Origin: Bdellovibrionia bacterium
GTDB lineage: Bacteria > Bdellovibrionota > UBA1018
NCBI GenBank assembly: GCA_045805065.1
Contig: JBJMMA010000078.1
Location: forward strand, 1-17,565
Direction: 5' to 3'
DNA length: 17,565 nt
A model generated the notes under the pieces. The model was not told where the DNA came from, made no database searches, and saw only the letters and a list, made by a program, of their open reading frames with translations. Each line of letters starts with the position of its first letter. The first letter of the stretch is position 1. The position numbers and the translations under genes were made by a program. Below, piece by piece: positions 1-8,332 of the stretch.

Positions 1-411
1 CTCCAGCCAGGCAAGACCGTTTTTGATCGCATCCAGCGCATCGTCAAAGAAAGAGTATTGATCCGTAGGCACAGAGAGGCGGCGAGCAATGATCACAGTC
101 ACTTCTTCTGACATAATCCCATTCAAAACCGCACGAACGTTGAGATCATTCGTGTCATGGGTCAAGACCTGATATTGGTCGGTTGGATCATGCTTTCGGA
201 CGATGTATTGGGCGATATGATCTGAGTCGATCATCCATGTTTCGCCATCAACCAGAACGGGCACTCTCAGGAGAGGATTGTTTCCAAACTTCTCCGCTTC
301 GCCTTCAGCAACATTTCCAACGTCGATGATCTCGTAAGGAATGGAGTATGAATCGAGGAGGATTCTTGCTTTTCTTGCGAAGTGCGACAGTAACGATGTG
401 TAAAGTTTCAT
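1..411 (-). CDS. Glutathione S-transferase family protein (partial; 3' end runs off the window)
   Basis: Not in the ORF track; translated by hand from ATG at 411: MKLYTSLLSHFARKARILL...GNNPLLRVPVLVDGETWMIDSDHIAQYI. This matches the GST N-terminal pattern (S-x-F-x-R-K, NPL-x-x-VP-x-L, DS-x-x-I-x-x-Y). Open to position 1; starts 1 nt after the VOC stop. Confidence 0.88.
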   Translation of the reverse strand, partial: MKLYTSLLSHFARKARILLDSYSIPYEIIDVGNVAEGEAEKFGNNPLLRVPVLVDGETWMIDSDHIAQYIVRKHDPTDQYQVLTHDTNDLNVRAVLNGIMSEEVTVIIARRLSVPTDQYSFFDDALDAIKNGLAWLE

Positions 412-412
412 A

Positions 413-781
413 TCAGCGAACGCTTTCTCCGAAGCGGATTGCGTTTCCGTAGGGATCATTGACCTGCATTTCGTTCATTCCCCAGGGCTGCTTTTTCAGC
501 TCATATACAAACGGGGCGCCTCTATTTTTGAATTCTTCAAATAGGGGCTCGATATCTTGAACTCGAATGTAACAGCTACTGGCTGATCCGATGGCTTTTG
601 CTTCGGATTCTGAAGAGGCCTGCCAAAAATGAAGTTCTGCGCTTCCTCTTTTGAGGATGAGAAAGTTTTGAGCCGGATATTTCGCCACTACTTCAAAGCC
701 AAGGAACTCAATGTAAAAAGTCTCAGTCTGAAGGATATTGCCAGAAGGAAGTTGAGGAATGGCTGGACTCAATACAGACAT
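413..781 (-). CDS. VOC/glyoxalase/bleomycin-resistance family protein
   Basis: 122 aa with AIPQLP, FY..FLGF, CYIRV.D and QPWGMNEMQVNDPYGNAIRFG, typical of the VOC fold. GGAG lies upstream on the minus strand. Confidence 0.9.
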   Translation of the reverse strand: MSVLSPAIPQLPSGNILQTETFYIEFLGFEVVAKYPAQNFLILKRGSAELHFWQASSESEAKAIGSASSCYIRVQDIEPLFEEFKNRGAPFVYELKKQPWGMNEMQVNDPYGNAIRFGESVR

Positions 782-814
782 ATCGTCTCCATCTAGGAAC
801 GGTTGTCGAACCTA

Positions 815-889
815 AGTCTAGTTACCAGACTTTGCCGCATCGCTTCTTCGCTGCGAAGAGGCGATGCATCAAAATCTAAATTTCAGACT
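815..889. repeat. 75-bp imperfect palindrome (REP/REPIN-like), copy A
   Basis: Arms 815-851 and 853-889 are imperfect inverted repeats. The core GCATCGCTTCTTCGC-T-GCGAAGAGGCGATGC is flanked on both sides by AGTCT-N7-AGACT-like sub-palindromes. Homologous to 16186-16241. Confidence 0.75.
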
Positions 890-896
890 GAAGATA

Positions 897-2351
897 TCAA
901 CTCGGAATCAAATTCCGAGACTTCAAAAGCTCCATCGCCGCATCATTTGCGTAAACGCTTGGGACAAAATTGCTGAAGCCCGAAAGATGCTTCATCAAAG
1001 AATTGTCGCGCTCGACCAGAAGCGATGGCTTTCCAGCCTTGGAGACGATCTTCACCGGATCACGCTCTTGATAGAGATTTTCGCTACCGCGTTTTTTCAC
1101 GATGTGGCTCACGCTGCGAGTAAAGACGACGTCTTTGTCTGGGACATCGGCCAATATCCAAGCCTTGCCCTTGCCAAACTTCTTGAGAACCCGCTCAAAC
1201 TCTTCGATCTTGGCGTGGATTTGCTTCAAGAGCTTTCCGCGCTCGGAGTCATCGCCGTTGGCTTGCAAAATCCGATGCGCAAAGATCGGGTGATGAACCG
1301 TCTTGGGAGGCTTACGGAAAAGAAGCATATGGATCAGCTCCGCAATGCGAGGGTCCTTTAGCTTCTTTTGAACCCGAAGCTCTTGGCAGCGGTTCATAAA
1401 GTAAATGTCATTGAAGAAGAAGAAACGCTCATCTCGCTCCTCAATCATATCCAAGAGGTCATGGAACTGATGGATCAGGCCCATATCGAGCAAGCCTGAA
1501 GCAATATGCGTTGCCATGATGTCAAACTTGGCTGAGCCCTGGTTTTTGATGACCTGGCTGTACCAGTGAAAGCGCGCGATCAGGAAGTCTTCAACCGCAT
1601 GAGCCGCGTTCTCGCGTACACCGAAAGCGACCTGGTTGTCACCGGCATCATAGGTCTGAAGATTTGCCATGATATATTCACGGTCAAACTGGCCATATTT
1701 AATGCCTGTGTAATGCGAATCGCGAAGGAGATAATCCATGCGATCGGCATCAAGGTCCGAGTGCATCAGCTGATTGGCAATGAGATGAGGGGAGTCACCC
1801 TTGATGATCTTGGAGATCATCTTTACGTCAAATCCGTAGTGCTCCAAAATCTGCGTGATGCCACCGTCGTAACGCGTGTTCTTGATAATGAAAGAGCCCA
1901 GATGCTCGTGAGAGTTCGGAAGCTTCTTCTTTTCGTCTTTACGAGTGGTACGAAGATCGTTGCCATGGCGAATGTACGCATTGTCAATCGCATGAGAGAA
2001 CGGAAACGTTCCGATGTCATGCAAAAGAGCCGCAATACGCAGGCTCTTATGCAGCATGGCCTCATCACTTTGCGCGCGTGGATCAAAAAGCTGATGATCC
2101 GGTACCGCTAGCCCAAGGCCTCGGACCATCTGATCCATCGAGTGCATGACCCCAATCACGTGCGCAAAGCGGTTATGCTCGGCGCCCGGGAAGATGTAGT
2201 TCGCAAACCCCAGCTGCTTGATCCAGCGCAGACGCTGGAAGAAGGGGGAGTTGATGATCTTCTCTTCCCATTCCGTGATCGGGATAAACCCGTACATCAC
2301 GTCATAAATTACATGCTGATTTCGGACCTGCTTTTGATTCGCGGCTTTCAC
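897..2351 (-). CDS. HD-domain phosphohydrolase, SAMHD1/YwfO-like (putative dNTP triphosphohydrolase family)
   Basis: Motifs FQRLRWIKQLG, PGAEHNRFAH, LLHDIG.FPFSH, HE and DADRMDYLLRD are present, with metal ligands H64, H111, D112 and D203. GTG start 3 nt after the thrS stop. Confidence 0.88.
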   Translation of the reverse strand: MKAANQKQVRNQHVIYDVMYGFIPITEWEEKIINSPFFQRLRWIKQLGFANYIFPGAEHNRFAHVIGVMHSMDQMVRGLGLAVPDHQLFDPRAQSDEAMLHKSLRIAALLHDIGTFPFSHAIDNAYIRHGNDLRTTRKDEKKKLPNSHEHLGSFIIKNTRYDGGITQILEHYGFDVKMISKIIKGDSPHLIANQLMHSDLDADRMDYLLRDSHYTGIKYGQFDREYIMANLQTYDAGDNQVAFGVRENAAHAVEDFLIARFHWYSQVIKNQGSAKFDIMATHIASGLLDMGLIHQFHDLLDMIEERDERFFFFNDIYFMNRCQELRVQKKLKDPRIAELIHMLLFRKPPKTVHHPIFAHRILQANGDDSERGKLLKQIHAKIEEFERVLKKFGKGKAWILADVPDKDVVFTRSVSHIVKKRGSENLYQERDPVKIVSKAGKPSLLVERDNSLMKHLSGFSNFVPSVYANDAAMELLKSRNLIPS

Positions 2352-2354
2352 GTA

Positions 2355-4181
2355 TTAAGCGTCCCGTGCAACTTTTTTCGGAACATCGTTGAGTTCACGG
2401 AAAAGCTCGAGAACTTCTGCGCGGGTCAGGACCTTGGATTCGCGCTCACCATACTTACGTACGGCAAACTGTCCTTGCTCCATCTCACGATCGCCTGCGA
2501 CCAGCGAGAACGGGATCTTTGCCATCTGCGCTTCGCGGGTCTTGAGGCCCATCGACTCATTACGAGAGTCAACATCCACACGGAAGCCCATGGATTTAAG
2601 CTCACGCTCAAATTGCTGGCAGTACTCGTTGTGAGAATCCTTGATCGGAACAAGGCGAGCTTGAACCGGAGCCAACCAGAACGGGAATGCACCGCCGACG
2701 TGCTCGGTGAGCACGCCAACGAAACGCTCGATCGAACCCAAGACCGCGCGATGGACCATCACAGGACGTTGAGCCGTATTATCAGCTGCCGTGTAGGTGA
2801 GATCAAAGCGCTCTGGAAGATTGAAGTCGAGTTGAATGGTCGAAAGCTGCCATGGGCGCTTCAGAGCATCCTTTACGATGAAGTCGATCTTTGGACCGTA
2901 AAAGGCGCCATCGCCTGGATTGATGGTGTAAGGGCGGCCAAGCTTATCGAGCGTTCTTCTCAAGCCCGCTTCTGCCTTATCCCAGACTTCTTCCGAGCCC
3001 ACGCGCTTCTCGGGACGCGTCGAGAGGAAGATCTGCATATCGGTGAAACCGAAAAGATCAAACGTTCCGAAGATCATCTTCACGACCTTCAGGATTTCTT
3101 CTTCGATCTGGTCTGGCGTACAGAAAACGTGCGCATCGTCCTGGCAGAAGCTGCGAACTCGGGTCAGGCCGTGCGTAGCGCCGGATTTTTCAAAGCGATG
3201 AAGGCGTCCGAAATCCGCCATCCGAAGTGGCAGATCACGATACGAGTGCTTGGTCGTATTGAAGAGCACGCAGTGGCTTGGGCAGTTCATGGGCTTGACG
3301 CCGAACTCGCGATTTTCGACTTCGGTGAAGTACATGCTCTCGACATAGTTGTCGTAGTGGCCCGACGTTTTCCAAAGCTGCACATCCAGGATCTGTGGCG
3401 TGATGACTTCAGAGTATCCGTACGGAACATAGAGATCGCGGATGTACTGAACGAGGCGATTATAGACAATCGCGCCTTTTGGATAGAAGAACGGAGCCGC
3501 AGGCGACTCTGGCAAGAAGGTGAAGAGCTCAAGCTCTTTGCCGAGTTTGCGGTGGTCGCGCTTTTTTGCTTCTTCAAGAAGGTGCAGATGCTCATCGAGC
3601 TCAGCCTTCGTCAAAAACGCAGCGCCATAAATCCGTTGAAGCTGTGGGTTCTTCTCGCTTCCGCGCCAGTAGGCGCCAGCGACAGAGAGAAGCTTGATGG
3701 CGCCCATCTCGGACGCTTTTTGAACGTGAGGGCCACGGCAAAGGTCGACGAAGTCGCCTTCCTTATACGTGCTCACGGATGTTGCCTTCATCTTATCGCG
3801 AAGGGTTTCAATGATCTCAATCTTGAATGGCTGACCGAGCTTCTTGAACATCTCAAGAGCTTCATCAATCGTGTGCTCTTCGCGGATGAAAGGCGCGCCG
3901 GACTTCACGATCTTTTTCATCTCCGCTTCGATCTTTGGCAGATCTTCCGGCGTGAGCTTATGAGCCATGTCGACGTCGTAATAGAAGCCGTTGTCGATGG
4001 TAGGGCCAATTCCAAACTTAGCATCCGGCCAGAGGCGTTGAATCGCGTGGGCCATGATGTGAGCAGCCGAGTGGCGCATGGTTTCGACTTCAGAATGGAT
4101 CTCCGGTTCACGGAAATCTTCTGGAAGTTCGACGTTTAATTCTTTTTCGGCTTGTGCCTGGGACGATTGGATTTGGCTCAT
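2355..4181 (-). CDS. thrS: Threonine--tRNA ligase (short form lacking N-terminal TGS domain)
   Basis: Editing domain RHSAAH...DLCRGPHV, RDHRKLG, Zn ligands KPMNCP / LHRFE / MVHRA, GDGAFYGPKID, and FPFWLAPVQ leading into the anticodon domain. Confidence 0.98.
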   Translation of the reverse strand: MSQIQSSQAQAEKELNVELPEDFREPEIHSEVETMRHSAAHIMAHAIQRLWPDAKFGIGPTIDNGFYYDVDMAHKLTPEDLPKIEAEMKKIVKSGAPFIREEHTIDEALEMFKKLGQPFKIEIIETLRDKMKATSVSTYKEGDFVDLCRGPHVQKASEMGAIKLLSVAGAYWRGSEKNPQLQRIYGAAFLTKAELDEHLHLLEEAKKRDHRKLGKELELFTFLPESPAAPFFYPKGAIVYNRLVQYIRDLYVPYGYSEVITPQILDVQLWKTSGHYDNYVESMYFTEVENREFGVKPMNCPSHCVLFNTTKHSYRDLPLRMADFGRLHRFEKSGATHGLTRVRSFCQDDAHVFCTPDQIEEEILKVVKMIFGTFDLFGFTDMQIFLSTRPEKRVGSEEVWDKAEAGLRRTLDKLGRPYTINPGDGAFYGPKIDFIVKDALKRPWQLSTIQLDFNLPERFDLTYTAADNTAQRPVMVHRAVLGSIERFVGVLTEHVGGAFPFWLAPVQARLVPIKDSHNEYCQQFERELKSMGFRVDVDSRNESMGLKTREAQMAKIPFSLVAGDREMEQGQFAVRKYGERESKVLTRAEVLELFRELNDVPKKVARDA

Positions 4182-4290
4182 AACTTCAAATCCTTACCAT
4201 AGCCTGTGGGCGCTGGCCATCACCTGTTTGTAGATGTTTGCGGGGAACTCGCGACAAATTTCACCTCAGGCCTCAAAGCCGGACACCTGA

Positions 4291-4303
4291 TATCAAGTAC
4301 TTA
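4291..4303 (+). promoter_or_regulatory. IHF binding site
   Basis: TATCAAGTACTTA is an exact match to the IHF consensus WATCAANNNNTTR, and lies just upstream of a -24/-12 element. Confidence 0.6.
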
Positions 4304-4318
4304 GCCGCTTTAGAGCGA

Positions 4319-4334
4319 TGGACCATGACTTGCC
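4319..4334 (+). promoter_or_regulatory. Sigma54 (RpoN) -24/-12 promoter for the lipoprotein gene
   Basis: TGGACCATGACTTGCC has GG at 4320-21, N10, and GC at 4332-33, versus consensus TGGCAC-N5-TTGCW. An IHF site lies upstream; AGAGG RBS and ATG 4365 lie downstream. Confidence 0.6.
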
Positions 4335-4364
4335 AATGCGTCCGACTAGAAAGAGGTCCCTAGT

Positions 4365-5738
4365 ATGAAAATGAGATCAGTAGTCGTTAGATCAGCAATC
4401 GGAAGCTTAACGGTCATGGGCATTTTAGCCGGTTTTCAATCCTGTAAAGTGGCCCGAAGCGAACTTGTGAAGGCCCCGGACCAAAAGCAAGAAATGCCAG
4501 GCAAACAGGTGGTACCGAGTAATCAGGAAATTCTGAGTAAACAAGAAGGGCCTGTCTCGGCGGCCTTAAAAATGGATTTTTACCTGGCGGATGAAGGTAG
4601 CTCCGTACCTAACTTTAATCGTCCTGCACCTTCAAATCTCATGGAAGGGCTCTTGCGGGATGGAAGTGGATATCAGCTGAAAAAGAGAGTGCCTTTGGGC
4701 TCTGAAAAACTCTTTTTTGGGATTTCAGAAGGAGTAGGAAATCAGCGAATTGTAGATGCCTCTTATGAGTATCATGTTCTTTCCGAGTCGAATCAGACCA
4801 AAGGAGACATGCATCGAGCGCTCCTGGCCTATGATCCAGATCATCGCCAGTATTTCCTTTCCTTGGATCAGCTTTCCAAGGACCGAAACCAGAGATTGAG
4901 TTCGATGGATCTTCAGGTTTTGACTCTGGCTCTAAGGCATCAAGATGGGTCGATATCTCATGCAGAGATTCGCTTTTTAGTGAAAGCGCCGCTTCCATCG
5001 GCCGAGCAGATTCGAGTCTCCCAGGTTTTTCATGAGTCTAAAGGAGATCATGTGGATGCTGGAAAGACGATTTGGACAGTTTTAACGGAGCGTTACACGA
5101 ATCCCACGTCCCAACCGCTTTATCTTGAGTTTTCTTCAGCAGGCGTATCTTACCAGCTTGCGACAGAGCTGGGGGTTAAGCTCAATTGGGGAGACGTTTT
5201 GCCCGCATATCGTCCGGCCACGGAAGATGGCTTTGAGCCCGACCTTCATCGAATTTCTCTCGCTCCTCTAAACAGAGTGACTCTCGTTTTCAAGGATCTA
5301 AAAGGCGAGACGTTCAAGACGATGGGGGTGAGTTCTGCGATTTCGTTTCCAATGGAGATCCTTCCGGGTCAGACCTTCGATGTCGATTGGAAAGTCAAAG
5401 TCGGGAGCGACGCCGAGCCCTGTCCTCGGGGAGAGCGGTTTACTCGCACGGTCTGGGGCTGCGATACAACAGTCCCGGGCGAATCCTTTAGTCGCAAACC
5501 GTGGCCAGCATGCCGGCGTCCTCAAGGAGAGTTCGCAGCATTTAAGGAACCTATTGAATTGGATGGAGGATGGTTTCCTCAGCACTACCGAGTCGTCGGA
5601 GAATTCAAAAATACTGTGAGGGTCACCGACGATATCGAACTCGACGCGCAGGAGCTTTTGATTCGGACTTCCAAGCCCAGCGAGCCTTTAGATCCAAGCG
5701 TTGAGAAGTATTCCTGCCAGGGTTACTTCATGAAATGA
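4365..5738 (+). CDS. Hypothetical lipoprotein
   Basis: 457-aa ORF with RBS, basic N-terminus, hydrophobic stretch and lipobox AGFQSC (Cys27). Four further Cys in the C-terminal part. No family recognised. Confidence 0.8.
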   Translation: MKMRSVVVRSAIGSLTVMGILAGFQSCKVARSELVKAPDQKQEMPGKQVVPSNQEILSKQEGPVSAALKMDFYLADEGSSVPNFNRPAPSNLMEGLLRDGSGYQLKKRVPLGSEKLFFGISEGVGNQRIVDASYEYHVLSESNQTKGDMHRALLAYDPDHRQYFLSLDQLSKDRNQRLSSMDLQVLTLALRHQDGSISHAEIRFLVKAPLPSAEQIRVSQVFHESKGDHVDAGKTIWTVLTERYTNPTSQPLYLEFSSAGVSYQLATELGVKLNWGDVLPAYRPATEDGFEPDLHRISLAPLNRVTLVFKDLKGETFKTMGVSSAISFPMEILPGQTFDVDWKVKVGSDAEPCPRGERFTRTVWGCDTTVPGESFSRKPWPACRRPQGEFAAFKEPIELDGGWFPQHYRVVGEFKNTVRVTDDIELDAQELLIRTSKPSEPLDPSVEKYSCQGYFMK

Positions 5739-5801
5739 GTCATCCAAAGGGGGCGGTAATCAGTGGCAGCCGGATTCAAGGTATGAGAAGAGGGGAGGCG
5801 T

Positions 5802-6281
5802 ATGTCCTCCCCAGAATTTTCGCCACGCGAAGCCTCGATTGATGACCTTTCGGAACTCGTTCGCATCGAGTCCGCTGTTCACGTTGCTCCTTGGAGCGAT
5901 CAGGGTTTTAAAGGTGAGCTTGAAAAGCCTTACAGTCACACGCTCGTGATGACCGATGAAGAGACGGATGCGGTCATAGGCGGGTACATCGTGTTTTGGG
6001 AAATGGGAGAAGAGATTCAGATACTCAATGTGGCAGTCGATCTGCCTTACCGAGGCTTGGGTCTTGCCCAGAAATTGATCCGAAAAGTGGCCGATATGGC
6101 ACTCAAAAAAGGGCTAAAGAAGGTGACGCTGGACGTTAGAAAGTCCAATAACGCAGCCATCCAGCTCTATCAGAAGCTCGGTTTCACGATCCAAACAGTC
6201 CGAAAAGCCTTCTACTCAAATAGCGAAGATGCTTACGGAATGATCCTCGATCTGACGGTTGAGAAGACCTTCGAATTTTAA
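5802..6281 (+). CDS. rimI: Ribosomal-protein-alanine N-acetyltransferase (RimI-like GNAT)
   Basis: IE......PWS, ILNVAV...YRGLGLA, LDVRKSN..AI.LY.KLGF...RK.FY..EDA..M; GGAGG RBS. Confidence 0.9.
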   Translation: MSSPEFSPREASIDDLSELVRIESAVHVAPWSDQGFKGELEKPYSHTLVMTDEETDAVIGGYIVFWEMGEEIQILNVAVDLPYRGLGLAQKLIRKVADMALKKGLKKVTLDVRKSNNAAIQLYQKLGFTIQTVRKAFYSNSEDAYGMILDLTVEKTFEF

Positions 6282-6358
6282 AGACCGAGCGCTTTAGTTT
6301 GTCTTAACTATTCCCTGCTTTACAAGGCTAGAAGCGGCTGGATAAGGTCCGCCCGCTT

Positions 6359-7123
6359 ATGAAGTTTATTCAAGCGGCTTTGAAAACGGGCCAACTGCTC
6401 GTTCAAAAAGTTTTGATTTTCACCCTCGCGATCGGTTTTGTGTCGGCCTTCTGGTCGGCGATTTCTCTCCCGCAAACTCCAACGGATGATTTTGGATTTG
6501 GAGCGCATCGCTCTTCTCGTCCGACTTCGGTTGCGGGAATGTCCTACCGGGTGATCACCGCGATTCTTTCTGAGCGGATGACCTCAGCCTCTCAAGATCA
6601 GATCGACCGACTCGCCAAGCACATCATCTTTCTCTGTCAGCGATATCACTTTGATCCTGCTTTCATTCTTTCGATGATCCAGGTCGAAAGCGGATTTAAT
6701 CCAAGTGCCCTGTCTCCCGCCGGAGCAGTCGGACTCATGCAGCTCATGCCTGCCACAGCCACCGTCGTGGTCCGCGATATGAATCCACCTCTGGATAAGA
6801 AGACCCTGGAGAGCATCAAAAAGACCGCAACTCCCGAAAATCGATTCGTAGCGATGAGCCGCCAACTTCTAGTCGACCCGGTTGTCAATTTGACCCTAGG
6901 GGTGGCGTACCTGGCCTCCCTCCGGGAGCATTACCGCGAGCTCCATCCTTATTACGTTCTGGCTGCCTATAATATGGGACCAGCAAGAATTGATGAGCTG
7001 ATGTCGAAAAAGACATTCAAACCTGATAAGACCAAGAAATATTTTGAAGCGATCCGCCAAGGGACTTCCCAGTTCCGCCTCTACCGGGCTAACCGCCGGC
7101 CTGCATTCGTTGCAGCCTCCTAG
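6359..7123 (+). CDS. Lytic transglycosylase (SLT domain), N-terminal membrane anchor/signal
   Basis: IQVESGFNP.A.S.AGAVGLMQLMP.T, NL..G..YL and LAAYNMGP motifs; hydrophobic N-terminal segment. Confidence 0.92.
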   Translation: MKFIQAALKTGQLLVQKVLIFTLAIGFVSAFWSAISLPQTPTDDFGFGAHRSSRPTSVAGMSYRVITAILSERMTSASQDQIDRLAKHIIFLCQRYHFDPAFILSMIQVESGFNPSALSPAGAVGLMQLMPATATVVVRDMNPPLDKKTLESIKKTATPENRFVAMSRQLLVDPVVNLTLGVAYLASLREHYRELHPYYVLAAYNMGPARIDELMSKKTFKPDKTKKYFEAIRQGTSQFRLYRANRRPAFVAAS

Positions 7124-7199
7124 CAGTTAATCCCGCGAACGGTGGCTGTTTTGTCATCGTGCCGGCTCGCGCTAGCTAAGAGAGGTTTAGGTTTTAAAT

Positions 7200-7637
7200 A
7201 TGTACGAACTCCGTGTGAAGGTTGATTTCCCCGCCGCTCACCACCTGACTGGCTATCCGGGCGACTGCGCTCGTCCCCATGGACATAACTGGGTGCTCGA
7301 GGTTTACGCTCGCTCAACGAAGCTGGATTCCATCGGAATGGCGATGGATTTCCGCGATCTCAAGAAGGCAGCAAAAGAACTTGTGGCGCCTTGGGACCAT
7401 CAGGATTTGAATCTTCTGGATGACTTCAAGACGATCAATCCATCGGCAGAAGCGATCGCGCGCCTTTCTTATGAGCGCTTGGCGAACTTACTCGATGGGG
7501 CTGAAACCTGGGTCGATAAAGTCACGATCTGGGAAAACGAACGCTGCTCGGCGACCTATTATGGTGAGCGCTCGATTGAGCGTTTAAGCCAAAAGCTCAT
7601 TGCCCAAGACAACGCTCGGGCGTCGAATAAGGCTTAA
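7200..7637 (+). CDS. queD: 6-carboxy-5,6,7,8-tetrahydropterin synthase
   Basis: FPAAH.L...C-x3-HGHNW, DH..LN, PSAE.IA and WE motifs; adjacent to queC. Confidence 0.93.
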   Translation: MYELRVKVDFPAAHHLTGYPGDCARPHGHNWVLEVYARSTKLDSIGMAMDFRDLKKAAKELVAPWDHQDLNLLDDFKTINPSAEAIARLSYERLANLLDGAETWVDKVTIWENERCSATYYGERSIERLSQKLIAQDNARASNKA

Positions 7638-7648
7638 GGAGCACGCTC

Positions 7649-8329
7649 ATGCGTCAGCCTTCAGTCATTCTTTTATCGGGTGGGCTTGACTCGACCGCGA
7701 ACCTTGCTTTTGCTTGCGAGTATGACGAGCCAGTCTTGGCTCTTACGATTCGTTACGGTCAGCGCGCGGCAGAGCGTGAGGTGATCGCGGCTCGTGGTCT
7801 TTGCGAGTATTACGGAGTTGAGCACCAGGTGATGGATCTCTCCTGGCTGGGTGCTTTGGGCGGAAGCTCTTTGACCCAGAGCTCGATGTCGGTTCCAGAG
7901 CTGAAGACCTCCGAGCTGGATGATCTTTCTGTGATTCAAGACACGGCAAAATCCGTTTGGGTTCCAAACCGTAACGGCGTTTTCATCAACGTTGCCGCAG
8001 CCTGGGCCGAACGTCGCGGAGCCAAGCGCGTGGTCGTTGGATTTAACCGCGAAGAGGCAACGACCTTCCCGGATAATTCGATCGATTTTTTGAATCGCTC
8101 GACGCGCTCCCTGGAACTCTCCACCGCCAATCATGTCGAAGTGTTCTGCTACACGGCTGCATGGGATAAGCGCGAGATTGTTCGCGAGCTTGAAAAACTT
8201 TCCAAGCCCTTTCCGTTTGAAAAGGTTTGGAGCTGCTACATGGGAGGCGAGACGGCTTGCGGAAAATGCGAATCTTGCCAACGTCTGTCGCGCGCGCTTT
8301 CGGTTCGCACCGGGAATAAAGGGGCTTAA
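7649..8329 (+). CDS. queC: 7-cyano-7-deazaguanine (preQ0) synthase
   Basis: PP-loop SGGLDS, YGQR, VP.RN, FPD, and C-terminal Zn motif SCY-x6-CGKCESC; AAGGAG RBS. Confidence 0.95.
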   Translation: MRQPSVILLSGGLDSTANLAFACEYDEPVLALTIRYGQRAAEREVIAARGLCEYYGVEHQVMDLSWLGALGGSSLTQSSMSVPELKTSELDDLSVIQDTAKSVWVPNRNGVFINVAAAWAERRGAKRVVVGFNREEATTFPDNSIDFLNRSTRSLELSTANHVEVFCYTAAWDKREIVRELEKLSKPFPFEKVWSCYMGGETACGKCESCQRLSRALSVRTGNKGA

Positions 8330-8332
8330 ATA

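Noticed and set aside
815..889. Integron attC site or rho-independent terminator interpretation of the palindromes
   Set aside because: No RYYYAAC…GTTRRRY ends, no integrase in the window, and no clear U-tract in the transcribed direction.
2142..4139. 665-aa antisense ORF opposite thrS
   Set aside because: It is codon-in-register with thrS and the HD gene. It is explained by scarcity of TTA/CTA/TCA codons in the sense gene, and has no recognisable motifs.
7170..7200. Possible preQ1-I riboswitch before queD (AGAGGTTTAG resembles AGAGGTTCTAG)
   Set aside because: No complementary 3' P1 strand (CCTCT) and no A-rich tail before the ATG; more likely just the RBS region.
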